A DNA stretch of 64,000 nucleotides from Pocillopora damicornis (lineage: Eukaryota). The position numbers were made by a program, and so were the translations under genes. Positions 46,356-59,753 of this stretch are shown here, in pieces. Where the stretch lies: contig NW_020847569.1 of assembly GCF_003704095.1 (NCBI RefSeq), positions 62,001 to 126,000 on the forward strand, given 5' to 3'. Below the pieces are notes generated by a model. The model was not told the origin of the DNA. It did not search any database and saw only the letters and a list, made by a program, of their open reading frames with translations. Position 1 is the stretch's first letter; every line of letters starts with the position of its first letter.

Positions 46356-47360
46356 ATGTCTGCAGAGAATCTGCAAAAGGAAGAAGTCGAAGAGCCCTTG
46401 CTTCAAAAAAATCCTAACAGGTTTGTCTTGTTCCCCTTAAAATTCCCTGACATCTGGGATTTTTACAAGAAAGCTGTCGCCTCATTTTGGACAGTGGAAG
46501 AGGTCGACCTCGGATTCGATCTCTTCGACTGGGAAAAGCTGAATTCTCAAGAAAAAGAATTTATATCTCATGTTCTAGCGTTCTTCGCTGCGAGTGATGG
46601 CATAGTTGGAGAAAATTTGGTTGAAAGGTTTTACCAGGAGATACAAGTTCCTGAGGCGAGATGTTTCTATGGATTTCAAATTGCAATGGAGAACGTTCAC
46701 TCAGAAATGTACTGCCTGTTGATTGACACTTATATTAAGGACCGGGATGAGAAACAAAAACTTTTCAATGCTATTGAAACTTTCCCCTGTGTAAAGAAGA
46801 AAGCTGAGTGGGCCTTCAAATGGATGAATAAGAACTCTGCTGCAACTTTTGGGGACAGAATTGTGGCCTTTGCTGCTGTGGAGGGGATCTTTTTCTCTGG
46901 GGCTTTTGCATCAATTTTCTGGATTAAAAAAAGGGGGCTAATGCCTGGACTTACCTTCTCAAATGAGTTGATATCGAGAGATGAAGGACTTCATTGTGAT
47001 TTTGCTTGCTTAATTTTTTCACATTTGAGGCAGAGGCCAGGTAAAGATCGTGTTGGTGAGATTCTAAGTGAGGCAGTGACCATAGAGAAAGAATTCTGGA
47101 TAAGTGCATTACCTTGTCATCTACTTGGAATCAACTGTAACCTCATGGGAAAGTACATAGAGTTTGTAGCCGATAGGCTTTTGGTTGCATTAGGATTCGA
47201 AAAACATTACAAAACTGCAAATCCTTTTTCATTTATGGAAAACATTTCATTGGAAGGGAAAGCTAATTTCTATGAGCGTAGAGTTGGAGAGTACCAGAAG
47301 AATGGTGTAATGAATGACAGAATGGAAAATTATGTGTTCACTCTTGATGCTGATTTTTAG
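46356..47360 (+). CDS. RRM2: Ribonucleoside-diphosphate reductase small subunit (class Ia R2), intronless, 334 aa
   Basis: Single ORF with [37 protein letters not shown] (iron ligands and radical Tyr), [26 protein letters not shown], and the C-terminal R1-binding heptapeptide FTLDADF. First ATG is 46356; the ORF-track start at 46344 is a TTG. Confidence 0.96.
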   Translation: MSAENLQKEEVEEPLLQKNPNRFVLFPLKFPDIWDFYKKAVASFWTVEEVDLGFDLFDWEKLNSQEKEFISHVLAFFAASDGIVGENLVERFYQEIQVPEARCFYGFQIAMENVHSEMYCLLIDTYIKDRDEKQKLFNAIETFPCVKKKAEWAFKWMNKNSAATFGDRIVAFAAVEGIFFSGAFASIFWIKKRGLMPGLTFSNELISRDEGLHCDFACLIFSHLRQRPGKDRVGEILSEAVTIEKEFWISALPCHLLGINCNLMGKYIEFVADRLLVALGFEKHYKTANPFSFMENISLEGKANFYERRVGEYQKNGVMNDRMENYVFTLDADF

Positions 47361-48221
47361 CCAGTGAGATTTTTTTATTTAATATTTAATAATGTTTGTT
47401 TGGTATTAAACCTGGACAATTTGCCACTGTATAAAACCAGTGTAATATTTTGTCCTTAGAAAATGATCCCTTTTAGGTGTTCAGAAAACATGGGCTGGGA
47501 TCCTCCTTGCCCTCCGTGATACCTGCCCTATGGCCATCTCTATGACTTACCTTAAAATGGATATTTTATGGGAAAGAAAAGAAGGAAAATATTGTTTATG
47601 CATATTGATCCACTGTTTGACCCTTTACATCCTAACANNNNNNNNNNNNNNNNNNNNNNNNNNNNNNNNNNNNNNNNNNNNNNNNNNNNNNNNNNNNNNN
47701 NNNNNNNNNNNNNNNNNNNNNNNNNNNNNNNNNNNNNNNNNNNNNNNNNNNNNNNNNNNNNNNNNNNNNNNNNNNNNNNNNNNNNNNNNNNNNNNNNNNN
47801 NNNNNNNNNNNNNNNNNNNNNNNNNNNNNNNNNNNNNNNNNNNNNNNNNNNNNNNNNNNNNNNNNNNNNNNNNNNNNNNNNNNNNNNNNNNNNNNNNNNN
47901 NNNNNNNNNNNNNNNNNNNNNNNNNNNNNNNNNNNNNNNNNNNNNNNNTTTTGTTATTGTTGTTGTTTATCTTTATCTTTATCTTAACAGTTCTGAACGG
48001 TCTTAAATGTTTGCAGTGTTTCATCCAGTAAGACTATTTTTCTCTTGATGGGAGCCACTTTTTTTAAGAATCAAAGACAGGGTGTAAAACTCGCAAACCC
48101 CAACGCACACAACACGATACCCTCTCTTCATGGCTCCCGGCCCTACCCCGGCGGGTACCGTCGGGACATCCCTTAAAAAAAGGTACTAGTATCCAATCTC
48201 CTTAGCACGGTAATTTTCAAA

Positions 48222-49607
48222 ATGGCGGGTAAAGGCGATGCGGTGATAGATGTGAGTTTGAATGGAACATTGGAGCCAGCCAGCCCGTCGTTACAAAATT
48301 GCATCAAATGCTCAAGCACTGGAAAATACTTCAGTGTCCTGTGTGACTTTGGAGTGGCTTTGATTCTTGAGATAAAAGGTACTTCAAGAGTGTATGTCAG
48401 TCTAAAACTCGAAATGAAATGTCGTGAGTCAACGTTCACTGTGCGTTTTTGGAAGAGAGCAAGTCAAAGATTAACAATTTTGTAGGTACAAAGTTTGCAG
48501 CTGTTCCTTTGTGTACCCTAGAGGGAGTGCAATGCCTTCGCATTGCGAGCAGTAAACTTCCTGTAAATGCGTTGCAGTTTCAAATGTGGGACCTACATTC
48601 ATTAGCATTCGAAATAAAGCATCGATTGCTACTGTACAATTTAACTGTGTACATGTTGTAAACAAGTTATTCCTGGCAAGAGTACTTCTTTCCGTCGAAA
48701 TTCTTCACTTAAATTCAGAAAGTAACTTTTTGAATGACTACTGTCACGGAGAAGTTGCTGAGAATAGTAAAATTTTTGCAGTTAAATCCTTTTTACAATT
48801 TCCTTCATAAGCGACCTTGCTGATCACCTACGCGATTTCGTCCTCTCAATGTTTTCCCTGCTAAGTCTCTATATTCAAATACTGACAGATCAATTTTTCG
48901 TTTCTTACCTTTGGTGTAGCTATGTTTCAGAATACTTCAAATTATATAATTTAATTTTCTTTCAGTATCAAAATTCTGCTGTAATGAGACAACATGCAAA
49001 CCGACTCTTAAGCTTACAATTTTAATTTTGCATGGCGTTGCAGAGCATGATGACAGCTTCCAGGCAGTCATTACCAAGAAACTCTCATTTGGTAAAGGTG
49101 AACTTCTGGAAGGCCATGCTTGGTCCTGTGATGATGAGATTTTTGCCGTGGCTGGATGCAAAATCCGTCTTTGTAATGTAAGCATGTGAAATCTTAGTCT
49201 TAATCTGCTACTTCTGGGAGCAAGATGTTGCAGAGTGCTCACCTCCTGCTACTGTGGCTTGGGTTGATTCCCAGACCTTTTATGATAGCGACCAAAATCT
49301 TTCATTTTTATCCAACATTGGGTACTCTTAGAATCTATGAAAAATAAGACTGGAAGGCTAAGATGCCATTTTTTCGATTTGACCAGATAAAAACATATGA
49401 TAGGCAAGGAAATTTGCAAGACCTGGGTTCAGTTTATTGTTGATTCTTGTCCTTGCTCAGAGAATTTTTTCTCCAGGTCCTCTGGTTTTCCTCCCTCCCT
49501 GAAACCCTCGTTCTAAATCCCAATTTAACTGGGAAAAATGGACAGAAAGAGCCAACTCATGGAATATTCACTGCTAAATCATTATTTATTATTATTATTT
49601 TTTTGTA

Positions 49608-49642
<35 letters not shown>

Positions 49643-52600
49643 TGTTATACTTCTGGCTCTCTTTGAATGATAGCTACAATGTTATCAGAAATGTCCTGTA
49701 CTGTTATTGTCGTTTCTTTTTTATTTCTTTTTGTTGCTAGTGGATCAAAACATTAATCCTCAATGTTTTCTCACATCAAATGGCTAGATCTTTGGTCTCT
49801 TTAACCTTTCCAATTCCAAGGATTTAGTTACTTGAACTATACCTAAAAGTATTTCTTCATAGACTTACAACGCTTTATATTTTAATTGTCAGGTCAACAA
49901 TGACTTCCTCATCTTTCACACTATTCCTTTGTATTATTTGCCAAAAGACATTTCCATCATCTTGAGTGACTTTTCACCTTCCAATGAGGTAGTGTATGAG
50001 TGACTACTTTAAAAATAAATAAAGTTCCATTAAGTGTTATAAGCTTTTGGGTGAATGTCTCGCCATAATACTACTGAACCTGTATTAAGCGGTTACCCAC
50101 AGGGAATGGCAGGGTGACTGCTTAACCAGTACTCAGTTTTATTCCTTTGTTGGAAATGGTTACTGTTATTTTGAAATGTTTGGCCCAGTGCCAACATAAT
50201 GCTCAAACTTTGACTTCTAAATCTGGTTTCTGGCTTCCCACATGCCAAAGATTAGGCTTAGACTTGCTCCACTTTGTAACTTTGGAGTGCAGATTTTAAT
50301 TATTACTCTGTTATTTAAATAGTAATTGTTGGTTAAATTTATTTGATTGCTTCCTGATTAGGAAGACTTAAAGTAATGCTTCAGCTTATATCTTGACATT
50401 TACATTGAATTTTATCTCTTGCAACCACTTTCTCAACCCTGTACACCCTAACATCATTTGTTAAATTCTCCCTACTGTTCTCTGTACATTTACTAATATA
50501 CTGAAAAGGAGAATTTATCCAACAATCAAGAGTTTCTTTAGTTAAGGATCATTTCCTTTATTCTCATGGCACAAATGTGTGATTAAGTGGTGATATTGTA
50601 AGGAGAAATTAGATGCTAATCACACTTAGTAGTTTAAGGGTTAATGTTGTAACCTTAAGTTTTCTCTTTTGATTCTTCAGCGGATTTATCAGTTAGCAGT
50701 TGCCAGTCCAAATGGAGTGGAGCTTTATCAAATGGAGATGACAGACAACTTTAAAATTGTACCTCAAAAAAAAATTTTTTGATTTTTAATTCCAAGATAA
50801 ATTTTCTCTCTGTGCTTGCTTGTCTTTTTCATATGAAACAGTTTGTCTTTTTTCTGTCAGGATGGGTCCTTATCTGTTCATCCAGATCTGGCCATTGCAT
50901 TGGTGGAATTTTCTCCAGACAAACTGAACCTGGCTGTGGTATGCCAGTACATCAATTAAAGCCTTATGTTCTATAAATAATTAATAAATAAATTTGAATT
51001 AATTCAAGGGCAGTTTTGAAAATAAAAAATTGGACATGAAATGCTATCAGCTTTTATTGTTATCATTGTTATTATTACATTTTTTTATCTTTTTTATTTA
51101 TTTGCTTTTATTCCTTTTTTTATTTTCATTTTATTTCTTTTTTCATCATTTTATTTTTTATTTTTTTTACTTTTTTCATTATTATAATTGCTTTTTTTTA
51201 ACAGAGGCTGGACTTAACATGGACAATGAACTCACCTTATTTGTCCATCTTCAAAAATTTACCTTCATGTGTTTAATTTGGTCACAAGGAGACCATGCAT
51301 TGCCCATCTTCTATTAGTTAACTGTTTTCAATGTGCTTTTAAGTGTACCCTTGATGTCTTTCGTGCGAGCAAATGTGGAATTATGTATATCTTCAGATGA
51401 TATTCTATTCACAAGCCAATCCCTGTGACAATTTTCATTTCAAGTTCATATAAGATTATTAAATAAAGGAAAATGACACTGTCACTGTTCAATATGATGA
51501 CAGTTTTGTTACTAAAAGTGAAAACATTTAGATGAGTGAGTCAGAATAACTCACTTATTTCATGTCTTATTACAATTTCTTGGAATTGCAGGCTGCCTTG
51601 GATGGCCATTTTGGCATATGGACTGTTTCTAGCTTGTATACCAACCAGAAAGGTTAGTATCAATGATAATAAATGCATTTGTTGAGAATTTGAAGCCTAA
51701 TGAAAAGTAAAGCAATCTTCACAGTAATGAACATTACTTATTTTTTATAAACAGTATAAAATCACTTTTGTATTCATTTCTTAACTGGCAGTTCATATGT
51801 ATGATTTTCATATATTCACAGTCATTTAATTTGCAACCTGTTACTTAATTATACTGGTAGCTCTTTGAAAGCATAGTCAAGGTACATGTTGCATAATTAG
51901 CTGCATAATTATTACTTGATATTTCTCAGAACACATAAATCAAATATAAGTGTAAAATGTAATTGTATAGTGTTTTCACTATTGACTGGATATGGTTAGA
52001 CAATAAATTGAGTCAATACTGGTGGCTGTTCATGTGTTGATGGAGGGTCTGATTACAGTAGTGTTAAACTGTTCAAGAACTAAAATATGCACCCTTAATT
52101 AAAATGGGTAAATTGGGAGTTAAATAGTTAAATAGCATGAAATGAAAACTGACTTCTTTTAGGTAAACCTGAAAATGAAGTGCAAAAGAAAAGTCCTGAG
52201 ATTGTAAGAATTTTTCAATTTTTTTTTCCAATTTGTACAGTAGACTTCAAAGGGCCATAAAAATAAATTTATTGATGTATTTAAGACCATTTGTAGTTGG
52301 ATGTAAATGTGGTGATGTGGCCCTTGATCTGAAATATATCATCTCACAAACTATAAAAGATAAAAAGATTGCAATACATTGCAAGATAGATCAAAAAGAA
52401 TGTTAATTCAAACCCAACAGTGACTACTCAATCTTGCTGAATTTATTATTTTATCTCTGTGTAAGGATGGTTGTACTGTTCTAATACTTTACAATTAAGA
52501 CTTAAATACCTGAAAATGTCATATTTATCACACAAAAACTCATTCAAGGGCTTCTTCTACAAAGTAATCTTCCCTCTTTCCTTGTGGATTTGATAGTGTT

Positions 52601-55600
52601 TAATTAATATGTGCACTTTTGGTGTATTTGCAGAGTTTTGGTATATCCACCTTAAAACTGTGCGCATTACTAGCATAGAGTTCTCACATGACAGCTCTAT
52701 GGTCGCTGTGACTGGTTGGGATGGCTGTTGGCATTTGTACCGGAAAGTAAGTGTTAATGTCATTGTTAGAATTAAGTGTTTGTATACTGATAAAAGAATG
52801 TTTGAAAAAAAAAGGAAATAAAAGCAAAAAATCAAGTAAATATAGTGTGGTAGTTGAAAAAAAATAGATCCTCAAACATTGAGCATAATCAGCATCAAAT
52901 ATTTCATGTTGCCTAATTTTAGGCAGTTCAAGATGGGACATTGACTTGGATAGAGTTTAAACATAGTACCAGCATTGATAGGGTGTCAGGGGATTTGCCT
53001 GGTTGTTTTGTGAGCTGGTCTCCAGATGGCAAATTTATAAGGTTAGTAAAATTCCACTTATTGTAACAGTAGGCTGACTAACTAAATATTTGATTTTTGC
53101 CAGCATTTTCTTGGTATATAATCAACTTAAGGAGGCTCCATAGGGTTTTTTTTTTGATTGCACAAGATCTGGATACAACTGAACATAGTGCAAGCTTTTA
53201 ACACAATACAGTTTTTATGTGATGGAATCTAGGGTTTCCAGCAACTGCACCTGTAATATTCATAAACCTTCTATGCCTGAAAAAGAGGTCAACCATGCAA
53301 TAAGAAAACACAATGGGAAAGATTGCCATAAGGTGACAGATTTGAAATTTTGTAAAACATATGCTCAGATATAGATCTTTTCTATTCCAATGTTTTGTGA
53401 CAAAGAAAATATTGATCTTTCTAGCAAGATTTATGGTGTTTCCTTCAATGGAATTTCCTAAGATTTGCTGGACAATGAAACATATTTATGCCCTTCTGAG
53501 TACCTGTTGATAAAAGAGTCATAAGGCCAAATTGAGATAGACAAAGAAAACATAAAATTGCAAATAGTGTGGAAACTGCCTTTGTAACCCTTATTTTCTT
53601 TGGCTTTTAATTGATCGGCAAGACAAATTTCGCAAATTGTGAACATTTTGAGAGATTTCACCAAAGCAAATCGAAGAAAATCAAAGGCAAAGCCAAATTA
53701 TCATTGGTGAGCGCCTCCCTTTGTGGAGCGTCAGCTTAATAACAAAAATCATTTTCTTAATATTTACTACAGCAAATGATAGTCCAAACCTTGCTCATCA
53801 CCCTTTTGATGGCTTTTAGTGACCTAGACAGCAAAAACATGAAAATTTTCTAGAAAAACAATACGCTGGTGTGTGCGCCAACATTAAACAAAAACCCTAT
53901 GAGCCTCCATAATTTGTTTTCTATTTAGTAATAGAAAACTCACTGTTTAAGGTGATTTTGATTTTGAGAGATATCATGCTCTCTACTCATTAACTCAGTA
54001 ATTATTCACGAAAGTGTAGGTGAAGAGTGGTGGATATTTTGCACCGAGGTAAATATCTGCTGATTTCACCAACACTGTGGTGAATAACTGTTGTAGTATA
54101 TACCACATAGAGACCAAAAGGAATAATTTATTTCTATTGATATGCCAAAAATGGTGGAAAAATTACCATGATCATAAAAGTTGTCGACCAAAGATTCTGC
54201 TTCTTTGGCTGCTTGGATGTGAGTAGTACTTTTCATGCTAATTTCTTTGGAACCAGCCAGTCAGCTAGTGTGAAAAGCATTATTCACCTATGTGGTATAT
54301 ACTGGTCTTGCATATAATATTGTGTATTTCAATATAACTCACCTTTGCATTCAATAAACATTTATTTCCATTTGTTGTCAGTAGCATACTTGGTACACAC
54401 AGTTGATCATAATTTTTATTCATGGAATGATTATTGCAGCTAGTGCCTATTTTTTTAGGTTTGCTAAGACTGGCTAAATTTCCTCTTAGATTAATTCAAT
54501 GCAATGACAAGACATTTATCCTGGCAACAATGGATGTTCAGACCTCTGTAACTACACAACGTTGTCTTGATGGCACTCCTAAAGGAGCAGCAAGTTTCAG
54601 GTGGTTTTAAGGGGAAATGATGATGATTTTAATGATTATTCTTAATAACATTGTTATTANNNNNNNNNNNNNNNNNNNNNNNNNNNNNNNNNNNNNNNNN
54701 NNNNNNNNNNNNNNNNNNNNNNNNNNNNNNNNNNNNNNNNNNNNNNNNNNNNNNNNNNNNNNNNNNNNNNNNNNNNNNNNNNNNNNNNNNNNNNNNNNNN
54801 NNNNNNNNNNNNNNNNNNNNNNNNNNNNNNNNNNNNNNNNNNNNNNNNNNNTCTGTCTCTGTCTTTGTCTTTGTCTTTGCTACTATTATTTCTCCTTCCA
54901 TACAGCTCTTTTTCAATGGCCATTACCTATAAATCCAAAATAAAACGTGATTCACTTTTTCTTACTTTTTGATAGAAAAATATCAGGGGACTACACTCTC
55001 TTTTACTTGCGATCCAAGCATTGTTTTGCCATAAGGTGGCCAGAAACTCAACTTGGTAAGTACCTTTATCCAATAAGGTGAAAACCTTCCCTGAAAATAC
55101 CTTTTGGTTAACTAATTAACTCTATTATTCTTTTTACGAACATGAGGCTATCGACATCGCTGATCCTGGCAGTATGCAGGACGCGTGTCACATATGGACT
55201 TCATAATAGACATCGCTCACCGTAGAGTCTCTGTGGCTCAGTGGTATAGCATCGGAGCGCGAAATCCGAAGGTCTGAGTTCCATTCCTCCTGGTGACTCA
55301 GAAAATTTTTTCTCTGTCCCACGCTCGTGACAAGACAAAAAACAAAACATCTACCTCTAAGAAAAAAAACATGTTCCTTCTTCTGTACTATAGCTCACAA
55401 CGCTCTCTCATTTTGAATTAAGTTTTATACACACAGTTTTCTCTAGTGGACATTGGGTTTGAAAATTGGGGAATATCACTCAGGTTATATCCTCGAATAT
55501 CCCCAGTTTTAATTGGGGGATATTCGGTCACGTGATGCATTTGAAACATCCGCGTTTGAGCAAAATATTTCACGGATTTTAGAAGCTATTAATAAAAACT

Positions 55601-58600
55601 GGATCATTATGTAATGCGATTTAAGGGTTTTCATGGCTTAGCCATTATGGTTTATGTGCCATTATACCATACTCCACAAATATGGTAAGTGTACGCGTCA
55701 AAAAAATATAGTTTACAAAATAAAGTTGGAAGATTTATCTATATGTTAGGGCGTTTTTATTAAAACAATTATTCCAATCGCGCTTGTTAGATATGAGATG
55801 ATTTTAGTCAACTCGGCCTTGCAGGCCTTGCAGGCCTCGTTCGCTATCGATCATCTCATATCCAGCGCAAGCCCGTGGAATAATCGTCTATAATAAGCCA
55901 CCCATTAATTTTCTCGCGATTCTTTTTGCTGCTGTAAGTCACTTGGTGCATAATCGCCGAACAGTTGTCCTTCAAATATTGTCGTCGAAAAGAAACAAAG
56001 CCAGCGGAAAAAATCCAGATCAAGAGTTTCGCGTTTTCATCTTTTTAAAGGAAAATGAATTCGTTTTGTAGGGACCAGAGATAGAGGCATTTAAAAGCTG
56101 GTCTCAAATGTTGCTCCGGAAAGTACAAAAAAAGTTAACAAATTTGCTGTCAAAGCGCGATACGAAAATTAATGGGAGGGTTATTAAATAAACAAATCTC
56201 CCTCTGGCTTTCTGATATGTTGGCTGATAATGTTCTTGGCTATGAGATTGTCCTAGAATTTCAAATTTGCTCTCGAAGCTTCACTTCTCGGTCAAAAATA
56301 TAATTCTTGGGAAAATATATCAGCAGCGGACATTATCAGCCCACACACCTGCTGCCTGAGGGGGTTATCTACTAGGTAGTGGAAAGATGTCAAGAATATG
56401 GACATTCCCCTTTGAACTCATAAAGCTTGGTCTTAACTTTATTCCAAGAAAAATTAGAAAATTGTCACAGAATTATGACCAGCAGGTCATGGAGTCTCCT
56501 CCTCCTATCTCCACAGTGTCTTTAATGAAAAGTGTTTCCGGTAACGAAGAGAAAACAAGCCTTTTATTTCAAGAATCTTTTGAGGGCTCTGTGCTCGTAC
56601 AACTTTCGTCCAAAGGTTTATTGACTCTGAAGTGGAGGAGGACGTCTCAGGAAAGCTTTTCCTTGCTTAGGGAAATAGGAAATAGGTGTGAGAACAGTTG
56701 TGAAAATTCACTGAGAGGAGTTGGCTCAAAATGCTCAGAACTAAGGAACGAAGGGTTCAAAATGGGCAAAGAATCTCTGGAGAAAAACAGAAAAAAAGAC
56801 AGATCGACTGAAGTTTCTGCAGAGCTTCATGCCGTCGGGTCTACAGGAAGTGCCAGCTGCCTGTTGGGTAATGTGAAAACAACTTACGAGGACAAAGCCG
56901 TTGAAAGTATGAATGCACTGAATACACAAACTTCAGAGGGATCTGATACTTCGTATGGGAACTGTCACTCAGAGACTTATGAAAAACTCCAGTCTCCTTC
57001 CAGTTTATCTAACGAAGTATTGACTTTAGAAGCACCATTTCTCAATCCAGAACTTTTTCAGAAGTCTTGCTCTGGTGGTTTTATGTTTCTATCAAGAAGT
57101 GGCGTGCGACTGTTAATCTCAACAAATTATGTGATAGTAGCCGTCTTGCCCCTCTTAGCGTACGTATATGAGTCGCAAATTGAAGAGTGGAAAACGCTGC
57201 TATTCCCCTGTCCAGTCGAAAGCTGCTGTATCACTGCAGGTTTGTGTTTGGCCATGTACTTCCCAATATCTGATACGCACTTCTCCTTTCATACCACCAT
57301 ACATTACCCTACACGTTTGTTGAGAGAATTTGATGTTATATAAAAATGATACCCTCTAAATGATAGGTGTACAGCGGTTTGTGGGACGCTTGTTGCATTT
57401 GAACCCAAAAATGGCATAACTCAGGAACGAGCTTGAGTCTTCAAGATCTGTAGAGCATCCGAGCGCGGAAATCCGAAGGTCTGCCATTCGAATCGTTCTG
57501 TTTGGTCTCGAATTTTTGTTTTGTTTTTTTATTTTGTTGCTGTTCATCCCTCGGTCGTGGCCAATGGCTCACATCTTTCTTGAAATTTTTATGTTCTCAA
57601 TGCCTGTTTTGTGATTATGTATTATTAGCATAACTGCTCGGGTGATTGTGGAGATGCGCGCGCTCTAATTAGTCGAGTATTGCGTGATATCTCACTATAT
57701 TTTCCTCACGCGAGTTGATTATAGCAGGAACGCTTAATTTCAAAATGGCTACCCCGCTCTAGGCAATGTTACCGAGGAAGTGATAAACGCGATAGACCAA
57801 AATTCAATTCTGAAGAGTACGAAAGGTGCAACACTTTCAAAACTAAACTGTCAATTTTTCCCTGTTAAATTGTAGTGGATACTGACTGCTTGTCTTGATA
57901 CAAGTTAGTAATCAAAACAATTATAACAAAAGATACGCAAAGTTTTCAACAGCGGCATGGATTTACATTTACAAAAGGATTTGAAAGCACCTGAGCAGCT
58001 ATGCTAAAACAATTATTCGCCACAGGTTCGGAAAATATTCAAACAATAGCCAATAAACAATAAGCAATGGCTCGAAAATACTTATGGATATTTGTCTGCG
58101 GACATTATCTGTTCCAAGATGCGAACAGTTTTCAAGAGCGAAGCACGAGGAAAACTAAGCCATCCTTCATGTATTTTGCGACGTGCGTGAAAAAAATGTG
58201 TACGAACAGCTTATTGTTTGCAGCGTGAGATGTTTTCGCACAGTGCTGTCTAAATCTTAGAGCTTTTCTTGTACTTTTAATCTTTTCAGATAGATATCTT
58301 GTACTTCTCACATCCAGCGGCAAAGTAAGTATTTGGTGTTTGCACACCATGAGAAAGATGCACTGCACAGGCGAGGCTCTTTTCGACATGGAACAGAGTA
58401 GCTCTCAAAGGTAACTGGAAACTGACTTGAACGGAATGAGAACGAACCTCCCTGTAAAGGATTTATGCTTCGCTTTTATACCTTACGTACCTGGTCTTTT
58501 TCCCCTTGGGTTTTTGATCTGTCACATTTCGCCTTAACCCCCAAACTAATTGACAACCGTGTTCTTAATGTTTCCTTTATCAAAGAAAGCGTGGAGTCAG

Positions 58601-59753
58601 CTTTGTAACGTTGCTTTGTTGAAGAATGTTAAAAAGCGCACTCGGTTTCGTTTTTCATTCCCCTGGTGCGGAAGTAGAGAGGCCCTGGGAACGATTTTGG
58701 GAAAGATTGTCGAAGAAGGAGAGTGGCATTTATTTTGTCATTATGTTAACTAAGTCGACAGCGAATATTCAGTGCACGGAGGTGCTAGCAGATGACGGAC
58801 TAGGCTGCGAGTGTGGAACGTTTCTTAATTCAATTATGCCAATTCCAAAATACTTTTTGTTACTAACTTACTTCTCTCCCAAGGTGTTTAATGATGTCAG
58901 GAAATCCGTTTGAGCTACAGTTTAACATCGTGAAGTTGGATAAGACTGGCTCTGGAGAAATGATACGAGTCTCGTTTTATCCAGGTAAAGCTGAAATAAG
59001 ATGTAGCAGAGAAGGTTCCAACATGTACATGTTATTTGTTCCTTTGTCTGATAATGATCCTACTTTTGTGCCGTAGCTGGACTACTTAAAGTGGCCCATA
59101 ATGCTGCAGCTTGTCTAGGTTTTCTTTGTTTAAACTGACAAGGAGTTCTGCTACTCCCCTGTCATAGACTCCTATTCCACTGCAAATCACCCCTAGACAG
59201 TTTAACATATTTTCCTGATGGTTCGCTGGTACCCATTTATACTTCCGGGTGCAGAAGGAAACTGTGAGAGTAAAGTATATTGCTGAACTGAACACAAATC
59301 GACGACTCTGTCAGACCTTTCGACCCGAGGTCAAGCGCTAACCTTTTGGCCATTGCGTCATCCGGAGATGGCAAGAGCAAACGCTTAATTGACGTTTATG
59401 CCTTGTTTTATTCGAATTTCTTCTCGCCTGAAGTCCTTCATAAAACAGATTGAAGTCTTTAGCATTAAGTTTTCGTTTGCCTTATGCTTCCTTGTTTGAT
59501 TGTTATGATTTCAGACCAAGGCAACTTCAAGGTTACTATGAAACGCTTAGCGCTATGTTATCCTGATCTGCTGGGTCAGAGTAGTAAAAGTCAATTATGT
59601 GGCTCAATTGGTAGCCTGATTATCTTCAAAGATAGCCAATTTGCGGACGGTGGTGACTTTCCAGAGGCAGATCGTGAACGCGAGGATTCCTGGTCAGTCA
59701 AGTGGGTCGTATTAGTTCCAGGTACTGTTGCAGATTTTCTGAGAACCAAATAA
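48222..59753 (+). CDS. Uncharacterised WD40/beta-propeller-like protein, ~736 aa, 14 exons
   Basis: Phase-consistent exons: 48222-48378, 49044-49177, 49893-49988, 50681-50758, 50861-50938, 51592-51652, 52634-52746, 52923-53041, 54490-54600, 54976-55055, 56517-57239, 58290-58410, 58884-58984, 59515-59753 (2211 nt). WD-like blades: GHAWSCDDEIFAVAG, IALVEFSPDKLNLAVAALDGHFGIW, ITSIEFSHDSSMVAVTGWDGCWHLY, VSWSPDGKFI, RYLVLLTSSGKVSIW. Start context aaaATGGCG. The last exon could instead splice onward from a donor at 59722. Confidence 0.75.
49232..49582 (+). mobile_element. Degenerate SINE (V-SINE-like core), interrupted
   Basis: tRNA-like head remnant GCTCACCTCC...GGGTTGATTCCCAG, plus the core TTTTCTCCAGGTCCTCTGGTTTTCCTCCCTCC, ending in an (ATT)n tail. 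Confidence 0.5.
49581..49641. repeat. (ATT)n microsatellite, interrupted
   Basis: Direct reading. Confidence 0.9.
50433..50644 (+). mobile_element. TTAA-ended MITE copy in WD40-gene intron 3
   Basis: AACCCTGTACACCCTAACATC...GGAGAAATTAGATGCTAATCACAC...AAGGGTTAA. Confidence 0.7.
54000..54302 (+). repeat. Interspersed repeat, related to 39852-40100
   Basis: Same shared blocks as the 39852 copy. Confidence 0.55.
55140..55355 (+). mobile_element. tRNA-derived SINE-like repeat, family A
   Basis: GCTATCGACATCGCTGATCCTGGCAGTATGCAGGACGCGTGTCA...TGTGGCTCAGTGGTATAGCATCGGAGCGCGAAATCCGAAGGTCTGAG aligns with 9990-10200. A short degenerate copy is at ~57450-57495. Confidence 0.75.
55901..56375 (+). mobile_element. 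Non-autonomous inverted-repeat element (paralog of 61055-61520)
   Basis: Inverted repeats CCCATTAATTTTC (55901) and GAAAATTAATGGG (~56164-56176). Internal and downstream sequence aligns with 61055-61520. Confidence 0.6.
59090..59360 (-). mobile_element. Degenerate tRNA-headed SINE (a third family)
   Basis: Reverse complement reads TGGCCAAAAGGTTAGCGCTTGAC...TACTTTACTCTCACAG...AGTATAAATGGGTACCAGCGAA...GGGGAGTAGCAGAACTCC...GGGCCAC, a typical metazoan SINE layout. Confidence 0.55.

Noticed and set aside
51030-51317. Hydrophobic 95-aa ORF
   Set aside because: Low-complexity T-rich intronic tract giving spurious F/L/Y runs.
52163-52203. Extra 41-nt exon in the WD40-like gene (ttttag|GTAAACC...GAGATT|gtaaga)
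   Set aside because: Plausible splice sites, but inclusion shifts the frame of the next exon. Not included without transcript evidence; a poison exon cannot be excluded.
56387-57343. Stand-alone 318-aa gene from the ORF track
   Set aside because: A strong acceptor at 56516 and a donor at 57240 join it in phase to flanking exons, so it is an internal exon of the WD40-like gene.
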